A stretch of DNA of 64,000 nucleotides from Nitrososphaeraceae archaeon (GTDB lineage Archaea; Thermoproteota; Nitrososphaeria; Nitrososphaerales; Nitrososphaeraceae). The notes beneath the pieces were generated by a model. It saw nothing but the letters and a program-made list of their open reading frames with translations. It made no database searches and was not told the DNA's origin. The DNA lies in the NCBI GenBank assembly GCA_035250975.1, contig DATFEP010000076.1:15602-79601 (forward strand), in the 5' to 3' direction. A program made the translations under genes and the position numbers. Below, piece by piece: positions 18,962 to 29,278 of this stretch. Position 1 is the stretch's first letter; each line of letters opens with the position of its first letter.

Positions 18962-19381
18962 TTAAACTTTTTTGATAGTTATCTTCTGATTATCTGCATC
19001 TAAAAAGATCTCGGTTTTTTCTTCCATCAGCGGTCCTATTTCCTGATCGAGATTGTCAACCAAGGGAATGTCAGAGATAGCACATCCTGATGCTGTGATA
19101 GTATCGCATTTTTTAAGACATATGATGGCCAAAGGATTGACTTTATTTGTTTTTAAGGAATAAAAAACATAGGCACCCACACTGCTTCCTATAGCGTGTG
19201 GGAAAATTAGTATTTTGTTTTTTAGGGTTCTTTTAAACAATTCGTGGTTTTCGTCTTTAATCTCACCCGATTTGGCATCAATCATTGAAAGCATGTTCAG
19301 TGGTTGATTGGTCAGTACTGCTTTACCATTAGCTTTGCCTCCCACAATTCTCCTACATTTTATTTCGATCAACTTTTTCAC
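18962..19381 (-). CDS. Aconitase X small (swivel, DUF126) subunit; phosphomevalonate dehydratase small subunit
   Basis: 'ID..SGEI.D..H.L....L.NKILIFP...GSSVGAY' and 'ASGCAISDIPLV'. 4-bp overlap with the large subunit. Confidence 0.9.
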   Translation of the reverse strand: MKKLIEIKCRRIVGGKANGKAVLTNQPLNMLSMIDAKSGEIKDENHELFKRTLKNKILIFPHAIGSSVGAYVFYSLKTNKVNPLAIICLKKCDTITASGCAISDIPLVDNLDQEIGPLMEEKTEIFLDADNQKITIKKV

Positions 19382-20532
19382 TCACAATAATCTTTAACTA
19401 TGGTTTTCATATCGCGTAGGGCAACATCTATCTTATTAGATTTTTTCATGTAGTACGCTCCTTTAATACTATTTGTTACAATCGAATCGCAACTGTCTCT
19501 TGTAATAAGTGGTGTTAAACAGGTACATGCATCACATATTATCTCGGCCCCGGCCTTCTTTAATCCATTTACTAGCTCCTTATTTTTGTTAGATTCTGAA
19601 ACAGTACGTGGACAAAATATCATACATCTTTTCTTGAATTTTTTTCCATCAGTCATATTGGACAGGATTTTTAAATCATGGTCACCTAACTGGGGGCTGC
19701 CAAAAACTATTATTTCACCTTTCTCTGCGGTATCAAGTTCTTCCTTAGTTTTTTCAAGTTCTTCTCTTCCAAAAGGTATTCTTTCCACGTTTTCTTTTAT
19801 TTTGTTGCTAAACATCCCGCAAATTCCGGAAGTACCCATTCCAGCTGAGAGAGCTTTAGCTCTGAACAGGTCTATTTTGTGTATCTCTTCTATACCTACG
19901 CAGCTTTCGTTGATGTTTTTACCTGCAAAATAACCCAATAGTCCATAATCTAATTCGGATTCAATCTTTATCTCTGGTCTAATTGCTATTTTTGGAGTTC
20001 TCATTTCATCAATTAATAAATCTGAATAGGGTGTTTTTCCTGATAATGCACTTGCTAAAGCACTTAGTGCACTCTCCTTGTTTGTTTTTGCTCCCAAAAT
20101 AGAGTTGACATAAACTGCCGCATTACTTTCAGCAAAACTCACATAATCGCCTCTTTTAGGCAGATCAAAAATTTCATAAGGAATACAAGTAAATGATGGT
20201 TTTACACCTAAATCTGTGTAAGCGTTAACTATCTTTCTCTGTTTTTCTTTAAACTCGTCACTAAGATTATTGTCCATTTTTGAGTCAAATCCCATGGGAT
20301 TTAATGTACTCGTAACAGAGACTTTGGTACCCTTATCAATACTTTGAAGAAATTCAAGTCCTGCATCTCCAATAGTATTATAATTGACTCCGGAAATATG
20401 CGCCCACTTTACAGGAATAAATTTGGTTGCGTTGTTGGCAATTCCTATAGCCACTAGGATTTTGTAAGCTTGTTCCAAGCCCGGTCCATATTCACCATTT
20501 ATGGCCTTTTCTTCTTCTCTTGTTAGCTCCAT
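19378..20532 (-). CDS. Aconitase X catalytic (DUF521) subunit; phosphomevalonate dehydratase large subunit
   Basis: AHISGVNY..IGDAG, TLNP.G, FTCIPY, FAESNA..Y.NS.LGAKTN.ES, DACTC and TNS.KGAYY. Confidence 0.92.
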   Translation of the reverse strand: MELTREEEKAINGEYGPGLEQAYKILVAIGIANNATKFIPVKWAHISGVNYNTIGDAGLEFLQSIDKGTKVSVTSTLNPMGFDSKMDNNLSDEFKEKQRKIVNAYTDLGVKPSFTCIPYEIFDLPKRGDYVSFAESNAAVYVNSILGAKTNKESALSALASALSGKTPYSDLLIDEMRTPKIAIRPEIKIESELDYGLLGYFAGKNINESCVGIEEIHKIDLFRAKALSAGMGTSGICGMFSNKIKENVERIPFGREELEKTKEELDTAEKGEIIVFGSPQLGDHDLKILSNMTDGKKFKKRCMIFCPRTVSESNKNKELVNGLKKAGAEIICDACTCLTPLITRDSCDSIVTNSIKGAYYMKKSNKIDVALRDMKTIVKDYCE

Positions 20533-20693
20533 TAATCAGAATCATTTATAATTTATTTATATATCATTTAAAAGTTATTTTATTATTAAATCGGCCTGTA
20601 ATCCTTAATAATTATTGATTTGATGATATTATGTGGCAAATCTTGATATTATACAGCAAATAGTCTATTAACAAGTGTTAACCTAATGATTAT

Positions 20694-21416
20694 GTGCAAT
20701 TTGTAACTTGGTTTCCCCACTATCAAGATATTAGGAGTAAATTCGGTTATAGCACTGAAAAAGATCAAAATTCTGCATACCTTCTTTCCGAGAAAATAAA
20801 AAATAAAGCATTGGATCCTACTGTTTTAAGAAAAAAAATTCAAAGCAAGAGTGTAATTGTAATTGGTTCAGGTCCTGATCTGGAAAATTATCTACCTTTT
20901 TTAAAAAGAAACAGATCTTTTGTAAAGATAGTAGCAGACGGTACTGTAAAGTTCTTGATAGAAAATGGTATAAAACCTGATATTGTAGTTACAGACCTTG
21001 ATGGTGATGCTAAATTCCTTCTTCAAGCAGAAAAACTTGGGTCAATTATGGTGGTACATGCTCATGGAGATAATACCGCTATTATTGAAAAATTAGTACC
21101 TAAATTTAAAAAGGTATTCGGTACGACTCAGGTGATGCCTGTAAAAAATGTTCATAACTATGGTGGATTTACAGATGGCGATCGTGGTGTCTTCCTTGCA
21201 GAGGAATTTGGCGCAAAAGAAATCATCCTCGTAGGGATGGCGTTTGATGGCGAGGTCGGAGAATATTCTAAAAGTGTACAAAATATAGAAATAAAAAAGG
21301 AAAAACTCAAAATAGCTAAGAAACTTTTGCAGCTACTTGCAAAGGATTCCAGATCGGACTTGTATGATACATCCCAGAAACCTGTTCCTGGGTTCAAGGT
21401 ATTTCCTTTAAAATAA
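20694..21416 (+). CDS. mptE: 6-hydroxymethyl-7,8-dihydropterin pyrophosphokinase (DUF115)
   Basis: ADG, PDIVVTDLDG, VVHAHGDN, GTTQ and NYGGFTDGDR signature. Confidence 0.9.
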   Translation: MQFVTWFPHYQDIRSKFGYSTEKDQNSAYLLSEKIKNKALDPTVLRKKIQSKSVIVIGSGPDLENYLPFLKRNRSFVKIVADGTVKFLIENGIKPDIVVTDLDGDAKFLLQAEKLGSIMVVHAHGDNTAIIEKLVPKFKKVFGTTQVMPVKNVHNYGGFTDGDRGVFLAEEFGAKEIILVGMAFDGEVGEYSKSVQNIEIKKEKLKIAKKLLQLLAKDSRSDLYDTSQKPVPGFKVFPLK

Positions 21417-21760
21417 GATATAAAAAACTCGATCTTTAATTATCTTTATTTGTTATTCTGATGTGGCTGGAGCTCTTCCATTTGCCATCAAAAAATTTCA
21501 TTCTTTATACTGAGAAATCTTGCATGGACAGTCTACTATTATATTTTTTGTACCTTGACATTTCAGATTTCGTATATTTATCTAACCAAACTCGTATCTG
21601 CTTATACATATTCAGATTTTTTATTATAAATACAGATAGAGTTAGCACATTTTTCCCTATATGTCTCTTTATCTATCCCTTTATCTCTCTAGAAAGTATA
21701 CCCAATAGTAAATTTTTGACAAATAAACAACTTTATACTCTTTATTATATTAAGAATGGA

Positions 21761-22510
21761 ATGTTGCATTATTCTGAAGATGATGTTAAGAAAGCAGCAG
21801 ACTTGCGTGAATGGCTGCTTAAACAAATTTCTGATAAACAAGAAGAGGTAGATAGACTTAAAAATCTACTTCTCTTAATTGATAGTTTATTAAAGCAAGA
21901 AAGTTTTAAACCCGCATCTACTCTTGGACGTCCTGAAATTTATACTGTTGATACCAATGCTGCAAGGCGACCTTCTTCGGTTCCAATTACGGATGAGAGT
22001 ACACAAATAGAAAAAGGCTATAATTCTGGAAGTAAAAAATCTCAAGTTAGTAATGAGGATCAAAAAATTGCTATAAAAAAAGAAAAAGAGCAAGATCTTG
22101 ATTCAAAAAATAAATATGAAACAAAGGAGCTAAAAAGGCTTAAAGATAACTTTTTATTGGCAACTGTCAAGGTTTCAACCAGCTCCGTTGAAATAATTCC
22201 AGAAAAGAGTTTATCATTCGATATAAATACTCCTCCATTTAAGACGTTTTTTATTAAAAGAATTCTAGATGGAATGGTAAACCAGGATAAAGAACAATTA
22301 CGGAAAAAACAGATAGATGGCGAAATTCTTACCTATCAGATTGATGAGGCAGATGGAATTATTAAAAAAATAATAATAAATAATTATAGGGAAAAAGAGA
22401 GGTTGACCGATATTTTCAATACTTCGGCGTGGGTTTTTACAAGAATGTTAGAAAAGAGTAGTGGTACTAGCGGTATCAGCGATAGTAGCAGCAGTACTAG
22501 CGGAGTATAA
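21761..22510 (+). CDS. Conserved hypothetical protein upstream of guaA
   Basis: ATG at 21761 follows an AT-rich promoter. Coiled-coil N-terminus, 'TPPFKTFFIKRILDGM...FNTSAWVFTRMLEK' and a Ser/Gly tail. Ends 5 bp before guaA. Confidence 0.75.
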   Translation: MLHYSEDDVKKAADLREWLLKQISDKQEEVDRLKNLLLLIDSLLKQESFKPASTLGRPEIYTVDTNAARRPSSVPITDESTQIEKGYNSGSKKSQVSNEDQKIAIKKEKEQDLDSKNKYETKELKRLKDNFLLATVKVSTSSVEIIPEKSLSFDINTPPFKTFFIKRILDGMVNQDKEQLRKKQIDGEILTYQIDEADGIIKKIIINNYREKERLTDIFNTSAWVFTRMLEKSSGTSGISDSSSSTSGV

Positions 22511-22515
22511 GTCGG

Positions 22516-24048
22516 TTGGATAAAATAATTATATTGGATTTTGGTTCACAATACAGCCATCTTATTTGTAGGAGAATTAGAGAAGCAAATGTTTTTTGTG
22601 AAATACATCCATATAATATAACAACTGATCAAATAAAAAAGATATCGCCAAAGGGAATAATTTTTTCAGGCGGTCCTGCCAGTGTATACGATCCTAATTC
22701 TCCAAAACCAGATAACAAAGTATTTGATTTAGGGATACCAATTTTGGGGATATGTTATGGACATCAATTGATTGTCGATAATTTCAGAGGCAAGGTAAAA
22801 AAGTCTCAAACGCGAGAATATGGAAAAGCAATGTTGCAAATAGATGATAAATCCGATCTGTTTAAAAATTTTGATGATAAAATTCAGTGTTGGATGAGTC
22901 ATGGTGATGTAGCAGAGCATATTCCATCTGACTTTAAAGTCTTGGCACACACCGATAATTCCTTCTCTGCAGCAATTGGAAATCACGAAAAGAGGTTTTA
23001 TGGATTACAATTTCATCCTGAAGTAAAGCATACCGAACATGGTTTAGATATCTTGAAAAATTTCTCAGTTGATATTAGTAAGGCTGAAGCCAATTGGACA
23101 ATTCAAAATTTTATTGATATGACTATTGCAGAAATAAAGAGACAAGTTGGTAACGAAAAAGTTCTCTGTGCAGTCAGTGGAGGAATAGATTCGACGACGG
23201 TAGCAATGCTGTTAAATCAAGCAATACCTGACAATTTACAATGTATTTTTGTTGATCATGGTCTATTGAGATTGGGCGAAGAAAAATTGGTAATGGATCT
23301 ATTGAATAAACTTGATCTTAATATAAAATTCGTAGATGCATCTGCGAGATTTCTGGAAAAATTAAAAGGTGTAACAGATCCTGAAGAAAAAAGAAGAATA
23401 ATAGGATACGAATTTGTTAATGTCTTTCTTGATGAGGTAAAGAAAGAGACCAAAGCCTTTCAATGGTTGGCGCAGGGAACCCTTTATCCTGATGTGATAG
23501 AAAGCGGGGTTTCTTTAGGTCCGGCTTCTGTCATAAAAACACATCATAATGTTGGCGGTTTGCCTGATATGCTTCATCTTAAGGTGCTTGAGCCTCTCAG
23601 ATATCTCTACAAAGATGAGGTAAAGAGGGTAGCCAAAATGCTGAATGTTCCAGACGAACTCCTTAACAGACATCCTTTTCCAGGACCCGGCCTTGCAGTT
23701 CGGATCATTGGAGAGGTAACAGCAGATAAGATAAGGATTTCAAAACACGCCAGTGATATTATCGAACAGGAATTAAAAAATGCTGGGATTTACGATTCAG
23801 TCTGGCAAGCGTATGCAGCAGTTGGTGACGATAGAGCAGTAGGTGTGGTGGGAGACGAAAGACTTTATGGACATGTTGTTATTATCCGTGTTGTAGATTC
23901 TGTTGATGCTATGACTGCAGATTGGACAAAATTACCCTACGACCTGCTTGAAAAAATGAGTAACAGGATTACCAATGAAGTTGAGGGTGTTTCTTGGGTC
24001 ACCTATACAATATCCAGCAAACCACCAGCAACAATAGAACCACAATAA
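22516..24048 (+). CDS. guaA: GMP synthase (glutamine-hydrolysing), fused GATase and ATPPase
   Basis: LDFGSQY, GICYGHQ, QFHPEV, SGGIDS, IKTHHNVGG, RHPFPGPGLA and KPPATIE. Confidence 0.98.
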   Translation: MDKIIILDFGSQYSHLICRRIREANVFCEIHPYNITTDQIKKISPKGIIFSGGPASVYDPNSPKPDNKVFDLGIPILGICYGHQLIVDNFRGKVKKSQTREYGKAMLQIDDKSDLFKNFDDKIQCWMSHGDVAEHIPSDFKVLAHTDNSFSAAIGNHEKRFYGLQFHPEVKHTEHGLDILKNFSVDISKAEANWTIQNFIDMTIAEIKRQVGNEKVLCAVSGGIDSTTVAMLLNQAIPDNLQCIFVDHGLLRLGEEKLVMDLLNKLDLNIKFVDASARFLEKLKGVTDPEEKRRIIGYEFVNVFLDEVKKETKAFQWLAQGTLYPDVIESGVSLGPASVIKTHHNVGGLPDMLHLKVLEPLRYLYKDEVKRVAKMLNVPDELLNRHPFPGPGLAVRIIGEVTADKIRISKHASDIIEQELKNAGIYDSVWQAYAAVGDDRAVGVVGDERLYGHVVIIRVVDSVDAMTADWTKLPYDLLEKMSNRITNEVEGVSWVTYTISSKPPATIEPQ

Positions 24049-24623
24049 GTAATATCCAGAAAAACACAATAATTAAGGCAGTAATGAAGGAATGTTTTTA
24101 GGTACTAATAGAATATGAAAGATGCTTATTTTGTTTGATAGTGATAGTTTTTTGATCTTACTAATTGACTAAAATGAGTTTGGAAGTAAATCTGTATGCA
24201 TCGAGGATCATGCACCTTCACAAAATTTTTTCATTTCTAACTAGACAAGTTAGGAAGGTTCATTGGTAGAAAGTACAGGTCTGTTTTTTTCGTAGTAACG
24301 TCATACATCAACTGTTTGTGTAAATAATTTGAAATTTGTACCAAATGATTGAATTCACTTTCAGGTAATCTAATACCTAATGTCCTAATATTTTCTGACA
24401 ACAATAATTTTATATATTGCTGTTTATTAAATATTTACAGTATTTTCCATTTAAACCTGTAAGAAATTGACATAATTGTTTAATATTTATGTTTTTGTAC
24501 GTCACAATATTTATTTAATAATTAGTATTTTCCTATCAAAAAGTAGATCCATATACTTTTTAAAATTTTAAAAATCAATAAAAAAAGCTATTAAATATTC
24601 TGAAAAACAATATAAAAAGTGTA

Positions 24624-24830
24624 GTGAAAAGAAGGAAAAGTTCAACTATAAGAAGGATAAGGAGAGATAAAAGTTTATTCTCCCCTGCAAAAGCTAATAC
24701 ATTTGAAAAATTCTTTATGACAACAATTATCACTGGATTTGCAACAGGCATGGGAATTGTATTACGTACTTGGTTTGTCAAGGCATTTATGCAATCAGTA
24801 GATGAAAAAACAGGTATTCTTCCAATATAA
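24624..24830 (+). CDS. Small basic single-TM protein
   Basis: Arg/Lys-rich N-terminus followed by hydrophobic FFMTTIITGFATGMGIVL. Confidence 0.4.
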   Translation: MKRRKSSTIRRIRRDKSLFSPAKANTFEKFFMTTIITGFATGMGIVLRTWFVKAFMQSVDEKTGILPI

Positions 24831-25598
24831 TTCAGAAATGTAATGCATAAGAGTTAGTGATAAACGAACGCGTGTAGATAAGCATAACGAATTTACAAAG
24901 CAGAGATTCAAGCATTACGATAAGAAATTTATGAAAATGATCAATTGTCGGATTAATAACCTCTCAATAATGCCTTACAATGAAATCTTCGTTTGCTTAA
25001 CTAGTGAGCGAGATGGTCATCTTGTACTTCTATCGGGATTTTCAAACGATCCAGTCTGTTTACATATAGTGGATTTAAAACGAGTAGAATTTTTTCCTTT
25101 TATACCGGCATCTTCTTCAAATCATTACAGTTTTTCCGATTATCTCGTTTTTGTTATTTTTGAACTCAAATAAGGATAAAATGTTGACAGCATACTCTGA
25201 TGTATTATTACATAAAAATTATTGTGAGGCAGTTAGGCTAGTATATCTATGCTAGTATACCTATACTAACTCATATAGAGTTGACTAAAATAGGTTTCAA
25301 AATGGAATGAATGGAAAATTAAAGTAATTTCTAATATTGATGACTAAAATAGAAATCTAAAATATATAAATTCAATATTTATAATCTTTGAAGATAATGT
25401 GACTTTGAATTAAAACTTATATATTTTATGCCTTTAAATTCTAACAAAATAACGTTCGATCCTGAAGTTAAAAGGAGAGTTTCATCATCAAGAATCCAGT
25501 ACATGATCACAGATCTGAATTAAATTATTTTAAAAGAAAAATTTTTAAACATAATATTGTAAATAGAATAACATAATACTGTATCAGCATAGATACTA

Positions 25599-26027
25599 TC
25601 AGCTCATTCGAACCAATAATCTTTTACCTAAATCAAATAATATAAATAATTCAGAATAGTCTATAAAAACCACAAATACCAATAAATAGAAAGGTAAATC
25701 ATAGAAATAGTTCACTATAAATTCGTCTGTTATCCAGAATATGTGTAAAAACTGTAATAGTAACATACTAAGATATAGAATATTTTTAGGCTTACGATTT
25801 TCCCTAAATATTATAAATAGATAACTTGTAGAGGTAATGATTAGAGAGGGTATTTCAAGATAGTCTATAGAAACAAATAAAAATGAACCTTCATTAAATT
25901 TTAAATCATTAAAATTAAACATAGGAAGTGTTACATTACATGTTAGCCAGAATAAATGAATAATTTGTAATGCCATCAAAATAAAGGATATCTTTACTAA
26001 AAAGTTCTTTAATTTTTCAAAAAACAT
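25599..26027 (-). CDS. 4-TM membrane protein with internal duplication
   Basis: LQIIHLFWLT...IDYLE repeated as LQFLHIFWIT...IDYSE. Confidence 0.65.
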   Translation of the reverse strand: MFFEKLKNFLVKISFILMALQIIHLFWLTCNVTLPMFNFNDLKFNEGSFLFVSIDYLEIPSLIITSTSYLFIIFRENRKPKNILYLSMLLLQFLHIFWITDEFIVNYFYDLPFYLLVFVVFIDYSELFILFDLGKRLLVRMS

Positions 26028-26042
26028 TTTTGCTAAACTTAT

Positions 26043-26363
26043 TTATTTTATTGCTTGTAATTCCATTAGAGAAAAACATCCGTTTTTGGCTAATTCATCT
26101 TCAAATCTGTTGGGGTTATTTTTTATTTTGTCGTTAGACAGTTCATTAAAGAATAGGTAATGATATGGAGATTTTATATACAATTTATTTTCTTTATTTT
26201 TAATCCTCAAAAATAGAATATAATTCATAATTACATCACCCTGCGGAGCGAACCTAGCTTTTGTATTACCTGAGAAGATACTATAGATACAATGAGTATG
26301 AACTTTGTTTATAATCCAACACTCATCTGTTCGCGCTAAAGTCTTTCTAGATTCCTCTCCCAT
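26043..26363 (-). CDS. Hypothetical protein
   Basis: 106-aa ATG ORF lying 15 bp upstream of the co-oriented membrane gene. Confidence 0.5.
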   Translation of the reverse strand: MGEESRKTLARTDECWIINKVHTHCIYSIFSGNTKARFAPQGDVIMNYILFLRIKNKENKLYIKSPYHYLFFNELSNDKIKNNPNRFEDELAKNGCFSLMELQAIK

Positions 26364-26611
26364 TCTTCTAATTACTCTCCCAACCTAAATTACACTTCAA
26401 AATATATATAGAAATCTTCAGTAAATACCTGACCAACATCGTTCAAACATGTTTTGTATACATTGAAACTGGATCTATCCTCGTATTTTCTAATCCTGAC
26501 CAGCAGATTCATTAAATAGATGATTTTTAGCACAAGTTTTCAACGCTGTCAAATACAGGCAACATCTTACCAAAAATTAGATTTATAAATTATATTTGGG
26601 GTTTCTATAAT

Positions 26612-27763
26612 GTGATCTATACAAAAAATTGTCTTGTTGTTATATTTCTGATTGTTTCTCTTACTCCATCCTTCTTTATACTGTCTGGTGAGAATATTAT
26701 CTCAGCATATGGCTTTCAGGAGAACGAAAATCAGGGAATCTTGAGTATAACGTTATCTTCTATTAACGGCTCCCTTCTATCAAACGGAACATTTCTGGTT
26801 GCTCCAGATCCTATTCTGAAAAATAAACCGTTTCTGATAGCAGATAACGATCTTAAAGATGTAGATAAATCTCAAGGTACCATTTCAATAACAAATCTTC
26901 CAAATGGTAATTATACTGTCACTCAGGGCGGAACCGCAAGTGGGTTTCTCGCCAGTACTGTTTCCAAAATAGTGACAATAGATAATAAAACCAGCCCAAT
27001 TTCGACCACATCATTTGTAAATATAGTTCAAGAAACATATCAAAAAGATCAATATGAAAATTACAGTTTCGGCTATACCTACAATGCTAAATTTGTGTGT
27101 GGTTCGATTAGAGGAGACGAGGGTCCATTAAGACCTGGTCACTATGACACTGATATTAGTATTTATAATAAACAAAAATATCCTATCAACATTTCCTGGA
27201 ACGTTGTATTCAATAACGGTGATTCTACCAATTCTCTTTTAAAGAAATTAGAACCTGAAAGTTCTGTAGCCTTTGTTTGTAAGGATATCAAAGAATTGAG
27301 CAATTCTAACTCATATGATACTGATTTCCTAGAGGGTTTTGTAATAATTCGAGTAGACGATATCAGTGATACTTTCGACTCTTTGGGAAAGGTTATTTCA
27401 AGGTCTGATTTCCAAAAAGACTACAAGACAGAACCAGTTTCCATTCAAGTATTTTACACCGCTAATGCTCTAGACTCTCTTCCTCATGAGATATTAATTG
27501 ATAAAATCGTTTTTCAGGTTTTAAAAGATCCATCTGGTAAAATACCTGAATCTCTTTTAAAAACCGACCTGGCAATTTCTACACGATCGGAATTAAATAC
27601 AATTTCTGATGAAACTTTAAAAATCAAATCTCTTGTGGCATCAGAATATAACCTAACTCAATCGGAGCTTGCTCAATTATCTATATCCGTAAAGGATACA
27701 GATATTGGTGTTGCCAGCATGATAGATGATCATGCCATATCCCTCTTTAGGCTAGTTCCTTGA
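26612..27763 (+). CDS. Secreted protein: prealbumin/SpaA-like domain plus Cys-containing beta domain
   Basis: Signal peptide. 'GTISITNLPNGNYTVTQ' repeat-domain motif, and YNAKFVCG...PGHYDTDISIYN...FVC...EGFVII. Confidence 0.7.
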   Translation: MIYTKNCLVVIFLIVSLTPSFFILSGENIISAYGFQENENQGILSITLSSINGSLLSNGTFLVAPDPILKNKPFLIADNDLKDVDKSQGTISITNLPNGNYTVTQGGTASGFLASTVSKIVTIDNKTSPISTTSFVNIVQETYQKDQYENYSFGYTYNAKFVCGSIRGDEGPLRPGHYDTDISIYNKQKYPINISWNVVFNNGDSTNSLLKKLEPESSVAFVCKDIKELSNSNSYDTDFLEGFVIIRVDDISDTFDSLGKVISRSDFQKDYKTEPVSIQVFYTANALDSLPHEILIDKIVFQVLKDPSGKIPESLLKTDLAISTRSELNTISDETLKIKSLVASEYNLTQSELAQLSISVKDTDIGVASMIDDHAISLFRLVP

Positions 27764-28019
27764 TCATCAAAAGAAAAAATAAAGCAAAATAACAGAAAAA
27801 CAAGAGAAGGATCAACCAATCAATCAACCCACGAATCCTACCTAAACAAGTATTCTTTATAACTTGGTAGATCCCTCTGATTGTCCTTCTGACAACGATA
27901 TACAACAGTTTACCATGTAAAAACACTGTAAGTATTTTTCCTATAAAGTTTTGATGACTAAAAACTAAAGAAAAACTATTTTATTCATTTAAAATATTAT
28001 CTTTATTTTATTTTCCAAT

Positions 28020-29168
28020 TTGAAATTGTTAAGTGTTGTAATATCGTCAGTCATCTTGGCGATCGCGTTCTCAATCGTTGGAAATGTTTTACTAGTTAAC
28101 GGAGAATGGAAAATCCCTACAGAAATAAAAACAAAACAATTTACCACCTTCGAAAATGATTTATTAAAAATTGATTATCCTGTTAATTGGAATATTACAG
28201 AAGAAAAAGATTCGATAATCTTTCATCCAAATAAATATTCTTCTGACCATTTAAAAATAACCGCAATTAGCTTTCAAAGTAGCTTCATCACACTCAAATC
28301 TATTATTGATTCAACGCTGGACCAATTTGCAAAGAACCTAAGGGAATTTAATTTACTTGAATCAAACAATTTTCCCAACATCAAAAATGACAACCATAAA
28401 CTTGTCTATTCATATCTAGATAACAACAATTCAAAAATAAAACAGGCAGATATAGGTATAGTTCAAGGAGATAAATTATTTGTACTTTCTTTAATTTCAA
28501 GTCCTAATAATTACTATAGCTATTTGCCAGATTTTGAAACAATGCTTACATCATTTAATTATTACAATGAGCAACGGATGTTAAATCAGTATTCCTCCCA
28601 GTTGGTTTCCCCCGTTGCCAACTTTGTACCAATTCTTGGAAATTCTAGCTCTAATGTTACTATAGTAGAATTTGGCGATTATCAGTGTACATTTTGTGCC
28701 AAATTTCATAACGAGACTAGAAATCAGGTTCTGTCTAATTTTGTGGATACAGGAAAGACAAAATTCTTGTTCAAGGATTTTATAGTCAATGATAGCGCAA
28801 ACGACACAAGTTCTACCTTTGCTGCAGAGGTATCATATTGTGCAGCAGAACAGGGAAAATACTGGGACTACCATTCTGAACTTTATGAAAATTGGGCAGG
28901 AGAACGTACAGGTTGGATAACCCCAGAGAGTTTAAAGAAATTTGCAATAAATGTTAAAGTGCCAAACATTGAACAGTTTTCAGAATGCCTCAATTCTCAT
29001 AAATATACAAATCTAGTTCAGTTAAATGACAATATCGCTAGGAACTTGGGACTAACCGGAACTCCTTCCTTTGTATTATTAAAGAATAATGAAATTCAGT
29101 CAATAGTACCAGGAGCCTTACCTTATGAAATATTCGAACAGACACTAAACATTCTAACATCAAGTTAA
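28020..29168 (+). CDS. PsbP-like domain fused to a DsbA-family thioredoxin domain
   Basis: Signal peptide. KIDYPVNW (PsbP-like), IVEFGDYQCTFC (CxxC), CAAEQGKYW and GTPSF (cis-Pro). Confidence 0.88.
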   Translation: MKLLSVVISSVILAIAFSIVGNVLLVNGEWKIPTEIKTKQFTTFENDLLKIDYPVNWNITEEKDSIIFHPNKYSSDHLKITAISFQSSFITLKSIIDSTLDQFAKNLREFNLLESNNFPNIKNDNHKLVYSYLDNNNSKIKQADIGIVQGDKLFVLSLISSPNNYYSYLPDFETMLTSFNYYNEQRMLNQYSSQLVSPVANFVPILGNSSSNVTIVEFGDYQCTFCAKFHNETRNQVLSNFVDTGKTKFLFKDFIVNDSANDTSSTFAAEVSYCAAEQGKYWDYHSELYENWAGERTGWITPESLKKFAINVKVPNIEQFSECLNSHKYTNLVQLNDNIARNLGLTGTPSFVLLKNNEIQSIVPGALPYEIFEQTLNILTSS

Positions 29169-29278
29169 TTTTCTCCATTCTTTTTTGTTTATTTTCTTAC
29201 AATATCTTATCTTGCTATTAGCTGTGTTGCCGGTTCATATTGAGAAGATATAAATGACTTATTAACATCTAAAATCTG

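Noticed and set aside
18962-20532. Aconitase X pair as a novel system
   Set aside because: Matches the known phosphomevalonate dehydratase of the archaeal mevalonate pathway.
21461-21760. 100-codon N-terminal extension of the ORF upstream of guaA
   Set aside because: Low-complexity F/L/Y/I sequence spanning a promoter-like AT tract. The ATG at 21761 gives a coherent protein.
24931-25173. 80-aa ORF and a possible reverse-strand gene relic
   Set aside because: No recognisable motif in any frame. It cannot be supported without a database search.
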